Assembly: GCA_963712745.1 (NCBI GenBank)
Contig: CAVQJC010000020.1
Coordinates: 128,001-192,000 of the forward strand
Length of the DNA: 64,000 nucleotides
Source: an uncultured Chloroflexia bacterium
GTDB taxonomy: Bacteria > Chloroflexota > Limnocylindria > Limnocylindrales > CSP1-4
Reading direction: 5' to 3'
The position numbers and the translations under genes are program-made. The notes beneath the pieces were generated by a model. It was not told the DNA's origin and ran no database searches. It was given only the letters and a program-made list of their open reading frames with translations. Shown here one piece after another: positions 40,682 to 49,979 of this stretch (the first letter of the stretch is position 1; the number at the start of each line of letters is the position of its first letter).

Positions 40682-41955
40682 CCGACTGGGATATCGAATC
40701 CGTCCGCTACCGCTTCCCTGCCCTGCGCCGTCCGGGCCCCGCCGAGGGGCCCGTGGCCTGGCTGGACAATGCCGCCGGCACGCAGGTCGCAGACACGTGC
40801 CTGCGCGCCATCAACGACTACCTCCTGGGCAGCAATGCCAACCACGGCGTCCCCAACGCGCCCAGCATCGAGACCGATGAGCTGGTCCGGGACGCACGCC
40901 TGGCCATGGCTGACCTGCTGGGCAGCACCGATGCCGACGAGATCAGCTTCGGACCGAACATGACCACCATCACCTACGCGCTGAGCCGCGCCATCGGCGC
41001 CTCCCTCGAGGCCGGCGACGAGATCGTCGTGACCCGTCTCGACCACGACGCCAACGTGGCCCCCTGGCTGGCCGTGGCGGAGGCACACGACCTGGTGGTC
41101 CGCTGGGTCGGCATCAGCGCGCAGGACGCCACGCTCGATCTCGACGAGCTCGAACGGGTGCTGGGGCCGCGGACACGACTGGTGGCCGTGGGTCTCGTGT
41201 CCAACGCCACCGGCAACATCAATCCCGTGCCCCGGATCGCCAACCTTGCGCACAAGACCGGCGCCCTCCTGTTCGTGGACGCGGTGGCGGCGGTGCCCCA
41301 CCTGCCGATCGACGTCGAGGCCCTCGGTGCCGACTATCTGGTCTGTTCGCCCTACAAGTTCTACGGGCCGCACCTGGGGGTGCTCTGGGGGCGGCGAGAG
41401 CTGCTGCAAGCGCTGCCGCCGTTCCACGTCCGGCCAGCCGGCGACGCCATCCCCGGTCGCTTCGAGACCGGCACCAAGGCTTTCGAGCTGCTGGCCGGCC
41501 TGGGCGGCACGATCCGCTACCTGGAGAAGGTCGGCATCACCCAGGGCGGTGCGCCGGGACTTCCGGGCCAGGCTGACCGCTTCCGCCGATCACGCCTGCT
41601 GGCTGCCTTCTCGGCCATCCGCCGCTATGAGACGACGCTGGGCGCACAGTTGCTCGATCGTATCGGCGCTGTACCGGGCAGCCGCGTCTACGGCCTGACC
41701 GACCCGGCTCGTTCAGCGGAACGTTGCCCCACGGTGGCCTTCACGCTCGACGGCCACGCGCCCGCGGGCGTGGCCCGTTTCCTCGGAGAACGTGGCATCT
41801 ACGTGCGCAACGGCGACCACTACGCCTGGGAGCTACATCAGGCCCTGGGCCTGGCCGAGACAGGCGGGAGTGTGCGGGTCAGCCTCGCCCACTACAACAC
41901 CCCCGACGAGGTCGAACGCCTCGGCCGCGCGTTGGACGAGCTGGCCTCGGCCTAG
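40678..41955 (+). CDS. Cysteine desulfurase-like PLP enzyme (class V aminotransferase)
   Basis: DNAAGTQ, DHDAN, CSPYKFYGP; RNGDHY where SufS-type enzymes have RxGHHC. Confidence 0.85.
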   Translation: MTDWDIESVRYRFPALRRPGPAEGPVAWLDNAAGTQVADTCLRAINDYLLGSNANHGVPNAPSIETDELVRDARLAMADLLGSTDADEISFGPNMTTITYALSRAIGASLEAGDEIVVTRLDHDANVAPWLAVAEAHDLVVRWVGISAQDATLDLDELERVLGPRTRLVAVGLVSNATGNINPVPRIANLAHKTGALLFVDAVAAVPHLPIDVEALGADYLVCSPYKFYGPHLGVLWGRRELLQALPPFHVRPAGDAIPGRFETGTKAFELLAGLGGTIRYLEKVGITQGGAPGLPGQADRFRRSRLLAAFSAIRRYETTLGAQLLDRIGAVPGSRVYGLTDPARSAERCPTVAFTLDGHAPAGVARFLGERGIYVRNGDHYAWELHQALGLAETGGSVRVSLAHYNTPDEVERLGRALDELASA

Positions 41956-42048
41956 CTCGATAGGCAGGCGGGCCGGCCTCCCGGTTGCGGCTACGCGTCT
42001 TGGTGCGAAGCCCGGTCGGATACGATGGGCTGGCAAGCCCGGAGGAAG

Positions 42049-42540
42049 ATGATGGCCATCGAAGGTGCCGCGCCGAGGCGCGACTATGAGGAAGCGCTGC
42101 GCTCGCTCGGCCTCGTGTTCGACCACCAGCAACTCCAGGACGTCATGCTCCTCGAGCGCGACGGAGGCTTTCTGGCCACCGCGCTGGGGCAGGCAGAGCA
42201 GCTGCTCCCGGACGAACCCCAGAAGCGCTATCGGTTCGTCGAGACCACCTATCCCGACGACGAGATCGTGGCCGCCTCGATGCGAGGGGCGGAGCGCCGT
42301 GGTTCCCGCCACCGCGCTGATCGCAACGAGCTTGCCTTCCGGCTCATCGGCCGCTACGTCAACGAACACTCCGGATCACGAATCCTGGTCGTGGACCAGG
42401 GTGATGGCTTCCTGCTGCGCATGCTCGTCGACGCCGATGCCGACATGCCCCACCGCTTCCTCACCATCACCAGCCAGGATCTGGAGGAGATGCACGAGGC
42501 AGCGAAGGCGGCCCGCGGAGGACCCGGCCGCATCCTCTGA
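42049..42540 (+). CDS. Hypothetical protein with an internal duplication
   Basis: GGAGGA RBS; two similar halves. Confidence 0.65.
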   Translation: MMAIEGAAPRRDYEEALRSLGLVFDHQQLQDVMLLERDGGFLATALGQAEQLLPDEPQKRYRFVETTYPDDEIVAASMRGAERRGSRHRADRNELAFRLIGRYVNEHSGSRILVVDQGDGFLLRMLVDADADMPHRFLTITSQDLEEMHEAAKAARGGPGRIL

Positions 42541-42564
42541 GCCTGCGGCCGGTCGCGCAGGCGC

Positions 42565-44250
42565 CTATCCGGCTCTGGGCTCGACCCAGGCGGGCAGCTG
42601 CTCGCGCAGCACGTCGAGCGGCAGCGAGCCATGGCCGATGACCTGGTCGTGGAAGGCCTGGCGATCGAAGCGATGGCCGTCGCGCCCCTCCAGTTGCGCC
42701 CGCAGCGCCAGGATCTCGCGCTGACCGATCATGTAGCTCAAGGCTTGGCCTGGCCAGGCGATGTAGCGGTCGGTCTCGATCTCGGCATCGAGGCGTGCCA
42801 GCCCGGCCCGCGTGACGAGGACCTCGACGGACTGCTCACGACTCCAGCCGAACGCGTGCAGGCCGGTATCGACGACCAGGCGGGCCGCGCGATGCGCTTC
42901 CGACTCCAGCGCCCCGAACCGCTCGAGAGCCGTGTGATACAGGCCCATCTCGCCGGCCAATCGCTCGGCGTACAGGGCCCAGCCTTCGACGTAGGCGCCG
43001 CAGGCCAGCATGGCGCCATGCTTGCGAAAGGCCGGCAGATGGCCGAGCTGCCGTTCGGCGGTGAACTGGAAGTGGTGGCCGGGCACAGCTTCGTGGTAGG
43101 TCATCGCGACGGCTTGGTGGAGCGGCCGTGAGGGCGGGTCGTAGGTATTGAAGAAGTAGGTACCTGGACGGCTGCCATCCTCGGCCGGCGGGTAGTAGAA
43201 GGCCGCGGGCGCATCGCGCTCCGCGTGCGGCTCGACCGCCCGCACCACGCAGGGCTCGCTCGGTGGGTTGCCGAACCACGCGGGAGCCTCGGCCTCGGCC
43301 CGCCGGATCCACTCTTCCGCCGCCCGCAGCAGGTCCGCGGGATCGTCGACGTGGTTGTGCGGGTCCCCGTCGAGGAATGTGCGCAGCGCAGCCACGCTCG
43401 GCTGGCCAAGCTCGGCGGCCAGAGGCGCCTCGGCTGCCTCGATCTCGTCGAGCCGAGCGAGGCCGTATGCGTGGATGGCGCGCGGGTCTTCCGGCAGGTT
43501 GGTGTAGGCCATGATGTGGTGCTGGTAGACCGCCTCACCGTCGGACAGATAGCAGACACCCGGACCGGGGCGAACGTGCGCGGCATAGCGCTCGAGCATG
43601 TCGAGCCACTCCGCCAGCGACGGCTGCACGAACTCTTCGACTGCCGACAGCAGGGTCGCGCGCTGCTCATCTCCCAGCTTGGGATCGGCCAGCAGCAGCG
43701 GCAATTCGGCCGCGGGTGCCTGCACCATCCGCCGCGTCTGGTCGATACAGCGTGCCACCACCTCGGCGGGGGCAGTGCGACCTGCCGCGAGGCCCTCGGC
43801 CAAGTTGGCACGATGGGCAGCCATCCAGGCCGGGTATGCGGCCAGGCGCGTGAGCAGGTTCGCGAATCGCTCGGGCGTGTCGGTCCGATGGAGCCGGGCC
43901 AGCTCCCCGGGCAAGGCCTGCGGGCCGTCGATCTGGTCGATCGCATCCATCTGCCACAGCCGCAGCTCGTGGGCACCGCGCAGGCGCCGCACGATGGCCC
44001 GCATCAGGCCCAAGGTGAGGCGGTCTTCGACGCCTAGGGCATCGCCGTCCAGCTGGTCCACGGCCGCGGACCAGCCTTCGACGGTGGCCATCAGGGCTGC
44101 GCGTCCCTCAGGGGACGGGTCGTCGAGCCGGTCGTCCCAGCGCTCGTCGCCCTGAAGCGTCGCCCACAGCGGGTTCTGCGCGAGGAACTCCTCCCAGGCC
44201 TGGTCCGCAAAGCGGTGGACGGGCGTCGGCTGGAGCGCGGCAGTGGTCAT
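42565..44250 (-). CDS. DUF885 family putative metallopeptidase
   Basis: HEAVPGHHFQ, EGWALYAE, RLVVDTG, PGQALSY. Confidence 0.9.
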   Translation of the reverse strand: MTTAALQPTPVHRFADQAWEEFLAQNPLWATLQGDERWDDRLDDPSPEGRAALMATVEGWSAAVDQLDGDALGVEDRLTLGLMRAIVRRLRGAHELRLWQMDAIDQIDGPQALPGELARLHRTDTPERFANLLTRLAAYPAWMAAHRANLAEGLAAGRTAPAEVVARCIDQTRRMVQAPAAELPLLLADPKLGDEQRATLLSAVEEFVQPSLAEWLDMLERYAAHVRPGPGVCYLSDGEAVYQHHIMAYTNLPEDPRAIHAYGLARLDEIEAAEAPLAAELGQPSVAALRTFLDGDPHNHVDDPADLLRAAEEWIRRAEAEAPAWFGNPPSEPCVVRAVEPHAERDAPAAFYYPPAEDGSRPGTYFFNTYDPPSRPLHQAVAMTYHEAVPGHHFQFTAERQLGHLPAFRKHGAMLACGAYVEGWALYAERLAGEMGLYHTALERFGALESEAHRAARLVVDTGLHAFGWSREQSVEVLVTRAGLARLDAEIETDRYIAWPGQALSYMIGQREILALRAQLEGRDGHRFDRQAFHDQVIGHGSLPLDVLREQLPAWVEPRAG

Positions 44251-44282
44251 GTGGTCCTCCCCTCAGGATGACGTCGGGTCGC

Positions 44283-45968
44283 CTATCCGGCTCTTGGCTC
44301 GACCCAGGCGGGCAGCTGCTCGCGCAGCACATCGAGCGGCAGCGAGCCATGGCCGATGACCTGGTCGTGGAAGGCCTGCTGATCGAAGCGATGGCCGTCG
44401 CGCTCCTCGACCTGCGCCCGCAGCGCCAGGATCTCGCGCTGACCGATCATGTAGCTCAAGGCCTGGCCCGGCCAGCTGATGTAGCGGTCGGTCTCGGTCT
44501 CGGCCTCGAGCCGGGAGAGACCGGCTCGCTCGATGAGCAGGTCGATGGACTGCTGGCGGGTCCAGCCTAGCGCGTGGATCCCGGTGTCGACGACGAGGCG
44601 GGCGGCCCGCCAGGCCTCCGTCTCGAGGGCACCGAAGTCCTCCAGCGGCGTGCGATAGAGGCCCATCTCCCGCGCCAGCTGCTCGGTGTAGAGCGCCCAG
44701 CCCTCGATGAAGGAGCCGGCCGCGAGCCGGGCCCCGAAGCGACGGAAGTCCGGCAGCCCGGCGAGCTCCTGCTCGATAGCCAGCTGGAAGTGATGGCCCG
44801 GCACGGCCTCATGGAAGGTCGTTGCCGCCAGCCGGTGCAGGTGGCGGGAGGCTGGATCGTACGTGTTGATGAAGTACATGCCCTTGCGGCTGCCGTCGGC
44901 GCTGGGCGTCATGTAGAAGGCCGGTGGGGCTTCCTGCTCCATGTGCGGCTCGACCGCGACCACCTCGCAGCCGTCCTTCGGGAGCCGTCCGAACCAGTCA
45001 GGCGCGACAGCCTCGGCACGCATGATGAGCTCGCGAGCGAAGGTCACCAGCTCCGAAGGCTCGTCGACGTGGTTCTCTGGTGCGACCTCCAGGTGTGCCC
45101 GCAGCGCCGCGACGTGGTCGAAGCCAAGCGTGGCAACGATGGCGGCCTCGCGCGCCTCGATCTCCGCCAGCCGAGCCAGGCCGTAGTCGTGGATGGCCCG
45201 TGGATCCTCCGAGATCGTGGTCCAGGTCAGGATCTGGTGGCGATAGATGGCCTCGCCGTCGGCGAGGTGGCAGACGCCGTCCCCAGCCCGGGCATGTGCG
45301 GCGTACTCGCCAAGCATGGCCAGCCACTCCCGCAAGGCCGGGATCACGTGCTCCTCCACGGCCCCTACCAGCGCGGCCTTTTCCTCCTCGTCCAGCTCGG
45401 GGTGTGCGAGCACGATGGGCGACTGCGTCGCCGGCGACTCGACCATGCGGCGCGTCTGGACCAGGCAGCGTTCGACCACCGCCGGCGCAGCCGTCCGCCC
45501 CGAAGCCACTCCCTCGGCCACGTTGGCGCGATGTGCGGCCATCCAGGCCGGATAGGCCGCCAGACGTGCCATCAGCTTCCCGAAGCGCTCGGGCGAGTCC
45601 ACACGCTGCAGGCGTGCGAGGTCGCCGACCAGGCCCTGGGGACCGCCGTACTGGTCCAGCGCCTCCATCTCCCACAGACGTAGATCGTGGCTGCCCCTGG
45701 TCCTGGCGATGACGAAGCGGATGAGTCCGAGGGTGATCTCGTCCTCGACCGAGAGATCGAGGCTGGCGAAGCCATCGATCTCCGCCTCCCAGGCACCGGC
45801 GAGAGCCAGCATCGCAGCTCGTCCATCGGGACCGGGGTCGTCGAGCCGGTCATCCCAACGCTCATCGCCCTGCATCGTGGCCCACAGCGGGTTCAGCTCC
45901 AGGAACTGCTCCCAGGCTCGGTCGGCGAACGCATGGACGGGCGTGACGGTGGATTCAGCGAGGGACAA
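44283..45968 (-). CDS. DUF885 family putative metallopeptidase (tandem paralog)
   Basis: Same motif set as the adjacent gene. Confidence 0.9.
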   Translation of the reverse strand: MSLAESTVTPVHAFADRAWEQFLELNPLWATMQGDERWDDRLDDPGPDGRAAMLALAGAWEAEIDGFASLDLSVEDEITLGLIRFVIARTRGSHDLRLWEMEALDQYGGPQGLVGDLARLQRVDSPERFGKLMARLAAYPAWMAAHRANVAEGVASGRTAAPAVVERCLVQTRRMVESPATQSPIVLAHPELDEEEKAALVGAVEEHVIPALREWLAMLGEYAAHARAGDGVCHLADGEAIYRHQILTWTTISEDPRAIHDYGLARLAEIEAREAAIVATLGFDHVAALRAHLEVAPENHVDEPSELVTFARELIMRAEAVAPDWFGRLPKDGCEVVAVEPHMEQEAPPAFYMTPSADGSRKGMYFINTYDPASRHLHRLAATTFHEAVPGHHFQLAIEQELAGLPDFRRFGARLAAGSFIEGWALYTEQLAREMGLYRTPLEDFGALETEAWRAARLVVDTGIHALGWTRQQSIDLLIERAGLSRLEAETETDRYISWPGQALSYMIGQREILALRAQVEERDGHRFDQQAFHDQVIGHGSLPLDVLREQLPAWVEPRAG

Positions 45969-46004
45969 CGGCGACCTCCCGGCGAGTGTTGGTGGAGCGA
46001 GCGC

Positions 46005-48761
46005 TCACGCGTTGAACATGGCGATCTGGTCCGCGCCCCGCTCGACCGCCGGGTCGAGCCCCAGCAGCGGGCTCAGGACCGAAAGGTCGGCCCGCGTGCT
46101 GGACCACAGCCGGCGCACGTTGCTCCACTTGAGGATATGCCAATTGTCGGCCTCGAGGCGCGCGCTCAGCACAGGCGAGCGCTCCAGTCGCAGGCGTAGC
46201 AGCGAGGCTCGCTCGTCCGCCACCACCAGGAAGCGGACGACGTTGTCCGTGGTCTCGATGCGCGGCCCGCGCTTCATGACCGGCTCGTCGAGTGCGGCCT
46301 GCCACTCCACGTCGAAAAGGAACGCGCCCTTGCCCCGGACGTACCAGATGCAGTCGATCTGCTCCAGCACCTCCTGGGGACCGGGTGCCACCAGCGGCAG
46401 GTACACGCGCTGCTCGGGGTCGCTGAGCAGATCGCCCAGTACCCCGCCGGCGTAGCGACGCCGCTGCTCGCGTTGGGCGACCCAGGCCCGCATGCCGGCG
46501 CGATGGGCGAAATCGGTGAGCAGGCCGACCATCTCCCCGTGCTCCGCATAGCGCTGCTGCAGCGACTCGTCGGTACGCAGGAGCCCGTCCTCGGCAGGCT
46601 CGGCGCTGCGATAGCTCTCGAGCGTAACCTCAACGAGCTCGGCGTCGGCCGTCTCCGGCCCGCGGAAGAGCCGGCCGACGCGCTCGTCGAAGGCCTCCCG
46701 GCCGATTCCCCCGCTGGTGGTGAGAAGGCTGAAGATGCCCCACTCGAGCCGCTCGGAGAGCGGCTGCTTGGCCGCCCCCAGGTCACGTGGGTCGCGCAGC
46801 CACCAGAGGTCCTCCTCGAGCTCGACCAGGCGCGGGTGATCTCGCTTGCGCAGCTCCTTGCGGATGATGTCGAGCGTGAGCCGCACCGGGTCGCTGGCCG
46901 GCCCGCGGTCGGCCCAGTCGATATCTCCCTGCGCCGAGGTCACAGAGGACGATCCTCCGTCCCCGGCTCCGTCCCCGGCTCCGTCCCCGGCCCCGTCCCC
47001 GTCCCCGGACGGCTCGGTCGCGTCGGTCGCGGTCGTGGCGTGAGCTGGCAGGGGCGTGTCGCTGACGACCCCATACAACCCCGGCTCACGCTCCTCCTGC
47101 TCGGACTCATCCTCGTCCGACGTCTGCGGCGTACCCACCAGGCGGCGGAGGTGGCCCAGGTGGTCGAGCCCGAGCAGCACCTCGCCCAGCACGCGGTCGA
47201 AGCGTGTGGGCTCCCCGCGCAGCTGCAGGACGGCCACCGCGATGTCGGCGATGGCAGCCTCCACCTGGGCGATCTGGAATGGACCCGACCGGTCGGAGGA
47301 CGATCGGATGGCCACGTCCCGGTCGGCCGTGGCTGAACGAGGAAGCGCGAACTGGACCGTACCGTCGATGCCCCGCTCCGACGCCCCAAGGACGGCATCG
47401 TCGACGCGCAAGCCCGCGCCCACGCCGCCGATGACCACGGCCACGAGCGCCTCCGGGCTGGCGCCCTCGAGCATGACCACGGTCTGGGCATCTGGCAGGA
47501 GCACCGGTCGCACCGCGCTCAGCGCTCGTTGCAGGGTGGCCGCGTCGCGCGCCCATTCGGCCTTGGTGGCAGGACCGAAGACGCTCGCCAGCGGGAGGGT
47601 GGCGGCGCCCTCGGGCCCGATGGCCAGGGACGAGGCGAGGTAGGCAAAGGCCAGGTTATCGGCCGACCAGTGGATGGGCGGTTCGGTCAGGACCAGCTTG
47701 ATACCGCGGCGTACGCGCGGCCGGGCCCCCGGCTCCGAGCCTGGACGCGGGGGTGGACCGAACGTCTCTCGTCCGTGGGGTAGGCCGAAGCGCAGGGCCA
47801 CGTTGGCGCTGCCGTCCTGCAGCGCTCGCAGGTCCGGGCCCACGCGGGCGGGCGTCCGCCCTCCGCCGGCCTCGACGGCCTGGACGAAGGCTCGCACCGT
47901 GCGCGTACCCTCCTCGAAGGCGGCCCAGGCGTTGCGTTCGCGCCACTGGCGGGACGTCGAGCCGCGGACGTGACCGGCGCTGATGCGGACCCCGGAGACC
48001 CGGCCCGGATAGCCGTTCAGGCGGCTGATGGCGAGGACCATATGCACCACCGCCAGCCGCAGGGCGGCCTGCACCGAGGGCGCGCGCAACTCGGTCTCGA
48101 TACGGTCGAGGATGGCCGCCAGCGCGACCTGGGCGCGAGGGGGGTAGAGGTCCACCATCTCGGCGGGTAGAGGATGATCGGCGGTCGGTGCCGGGAAGCG
48201 CTGGCGCAGCATCTCGCGGGCCGCGGAAGCGTCCACCGAGCGTGCACGATAGAGGTCGTCGGGGTCGACCGCGATAGGGCGCTTCTCAGCCCGACCATCG
48301 CGGCAACGTGGGCAGGAGAACGTCTTGCGCGAAGGGTCGCTGGCATCGGCCTCCCACACGAACTCGCTAACGGTCACGGTGTTGCCACAGCCGGGGCAGC
48401 GGGAGGCATAGCTGGCTTCGATGACCGAGCGCAGACCGCCCTCCATGCCGCGGGCATCTACGGCGATGCCGGACACGGCTGCGTCCAGGTGGCGCAGGTC
48501 AGGCGGACGCAGGACGATCTCGGCCACGAGCCGTGTGAGGGCCGTGGACTCGATGGCGAATGAGCGGCGCAGCGCATCGATGGCGCAGCGCGTCACCCAT
48601 CCGCCTCGCCCATGCAGCTCGAGCACGACGTCCCCGGCCTTGGTGCGGGAGTCGATCTGGGCGGCCAGGGCCGCCAGGTCCGGCACCGGCGCGAGGCGCT
48701 CGAAGGCAGGCAGGATGGGGCCGCGTGTATGAGTCTGGGAGGGCTTCTGCGGGTCCGCCAT
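46005..48761 (-). CDS. Large protein resembling a degenerate Zn-ribbon amino-methyltransferase with a C-terminal nuclease-like fold
   Basis: GDVVLELHGRGG (motif I-like), CPGC/CPRC, LVLTEPP (motif IV-like), IDCIWY...FDVE. Confidence 0.5.
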   Translation of the reverse strand: MADPQKPSQTHTRGPILPAFERLAPVPDLAALAAQIDSRTKAGDVVLELHGRGGWVTRCAIDALRRSFAIESTALTRLVAEIVLRPPDLRHLDAAVSGIAVDARGMEGGLRSVIEASYASRCPGCGNTVTVSEFVWEADASDPSRKTFSCPRCRDGRAEKRPIAVDPDDLYRARSVDASAAREMLRQRFPAPTADHPLPAEMVDLYPPRAQVALAAILDRIETELRAPSVQAALRLAVVHMVLAISRLNGYPGRVSGVRISAGHVRGSTSRQWRERNAWAAFEEGTRTVRAFVQAVEAGGGRTPARVGPDLRALQDGSANVALRFGLPHGRETFGPPPRPGSEPGARPRVRRGIKLVLTEPPIHWSADNLAFAYLASSLAIGPEGAATLPLASVFGPATKAEWARDAATLQRALSAVRPVLLPDAQTVVMLEGASPEALVAVVIGGVGAGLRVDDAVLGASERGIDGTVQFALPRSATADRDVAIRSSSDRSGPFQIAQVEAAIADIAVAVLQLRGEPTRFDRVLGEVLLGLDHLGHLRRLVGTPQTSDEDESEQEEREPGLYGVVSDTPLPAHATTATDATEPSGDGDGAGDGAGDGAGDGGSSSVTSAQGDIDWADRGPASDPVRLTLDIIRKELRKRDHPRLVELEEDLWWLRDPRDLGAAKQPLSERLEWGIFSLLTTSGGIGREAFDERVGRLFRGPETADAELVEVTLESYRSAEPAEDGLLRTDESLQQRYAEHGEMVGLLTDFAHRAGMRAWVAQREQRRRYAGGVLGDLLSDPEQRVYLPLVAPGPQEVLEQIDCIWYVRGKGAFLFDVEWQAALDEPVMKRGPRIETTDNVVRFLVVADERASLLRLRLERSPVLSARLEADNWHILKWSNVRRLWSSTRADLSVLSPLLGLDPAVERGADQIAMFNA
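46957..47008. repeat. 12-bp tandem repeat encoding GDGA units
   Basis: CCGTCCCCGGCT-type unit x3 plus partial units. Confidence 0.85.
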
Positions 48762-48886
48762 CGTGTACCCCTGAGTCTATCGGGGGAGGGCCGAACAGGC
48801 ATCGGTTCATTCGGCGGGTGGGCGCCGCCGAACGTCAGGACTGGCGCTATTCCGATGGACCGGGGCTGGGTGCCCTGGGCTCGACC

Positions 48887-49831
48887 CTACAGCTCGTCGC
48901 CTTCTTCGTCGATATCGACGTCGTCGTCATCGTCGTCGTCGTCCGAGGCCAGCAAGCCCTCGCCCTCGATCTGGAAGCCTTCTTCGGCCTGTGTCTCGGC
49001 CGGCAGCACGGAGCCGATGTCCTCGAACGACTCGGGCTCTTCATCGAGCTCGAGCTCCTCCTCCAGGTCGGACTCCTCGCGTACGAGCGTGCCCTTGGTG
49101 TAGGGCCGAAGGTCGCTGACCTTGGCCGCGGTCGGGAATGAGACCTTGCCGTAATTCGAGGGGTCCTGGTAGGTCTCGCGGATGATGATACGCACGTCCT
49201 CGTCTCCGAGGCTGGTGACGCCGGCAGCGTACTTGTTGCCATCGGCCATGAGGCGCAGCAGGCGAGCCGCCACGCGGGGCTCCACCGCGCCGATCTTGAC
49301 GCCATTGGACTTGGCCACGACGCGCGGGCCCGACGGGCTGAGCTCGACGAAATCTCCGGGGTTGACCTGGGCCAGGTCGGTAGGGCTGGCCAGGTCCACC
49401 AGGTGAGCGAAACCGGTCTTTCCGGTCTCCTCCACGAAGATGCTCACCTTTGCCTTGCTGCCCACCTGCGCCGGGACCGTGCGGGAGCCGGCATCGACCA
49501 TGAGCGTGCGCAACCGACCGATGTTGCGCTCGGCGATGCGGTTGGTGGGATCGATGGCCAAGGCCGATTGGTAGTGCTCGCGCGCCTGGCCTAGCTCGCC
49601 TTGTTCCCAGTAGGCCTTCGCAGCGCGGTTCTCGGCGGCACTGTCCGGACCCATCTCGAGGACCTTGAGGTTGATCTCCGCGGCAGCGATCCAGTCGGCC
49701 CGGCGGGCAGCGTCGATGGCCTGATCGACGAGCTGCCGCTTCTGGCGACTGGCGGTGATGGCGCTCGAGACGCCCGGAGCGGCGGCGGAGGGGGCAGCTG
49801 GCTGGTTCTCGGTCAGCGGGTCGAAGCTCAT
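48887..49831 (-). CDS. TPR protein with a HIRAN-like domain and acidic tail
   Basis: TPR (AREHYQSALAIDPTN), EETGKT, GVKIGAVEPRVAARLLRLMADG, D/E-rich C-terminus. Confidence 0.7.
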   Translation of the reverse strand: MSFDPLTENQPAAPSAAAPGVSSAITASRQKRQLVDQAIDAARRADWIAAAEINLKVLEMGPDSAAENRAAKAYWEQGELGQAREHYQSALAIDPTNRIAERNIGRLRTLMVDAGSRTVPAQVGSKAKVSIFVEETGKTGFAHLVDLASPTDLAQVNPGDFVELSPSGPRVVAKSNGVKIGAVEPRVAARLLRLMADGNKYAAGVTSLGDEDVRIIIRETYQDPSNYGKVSFPTAAKVSDLRPYTKGTLVREESDLEEELELDEEPESFEDIGSVLPAETQAEEGFQIEGEGLLASDDDDDDDDVDIDEEGDEL

Positions 49832-49979
49832 TCGTTCCTCGGGGCATGGATTGAAGGTCCGCACACGGGCGGAGGGCCGAAGGGTATCGCAGGCATAGCC
49901 ACACACCAGCGGCTGGCGAACACGAATCGTACCACCACTCCCCACACACGCCCGCTACCCCGCCGAACGCGAGCGGACA

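Noticed and set aside
46005-48761. Active restriction-modification or BREX/DISARM-type system
   Set aside because: Catalytic motifs are degenerate and no partner defense genes are adjacent.
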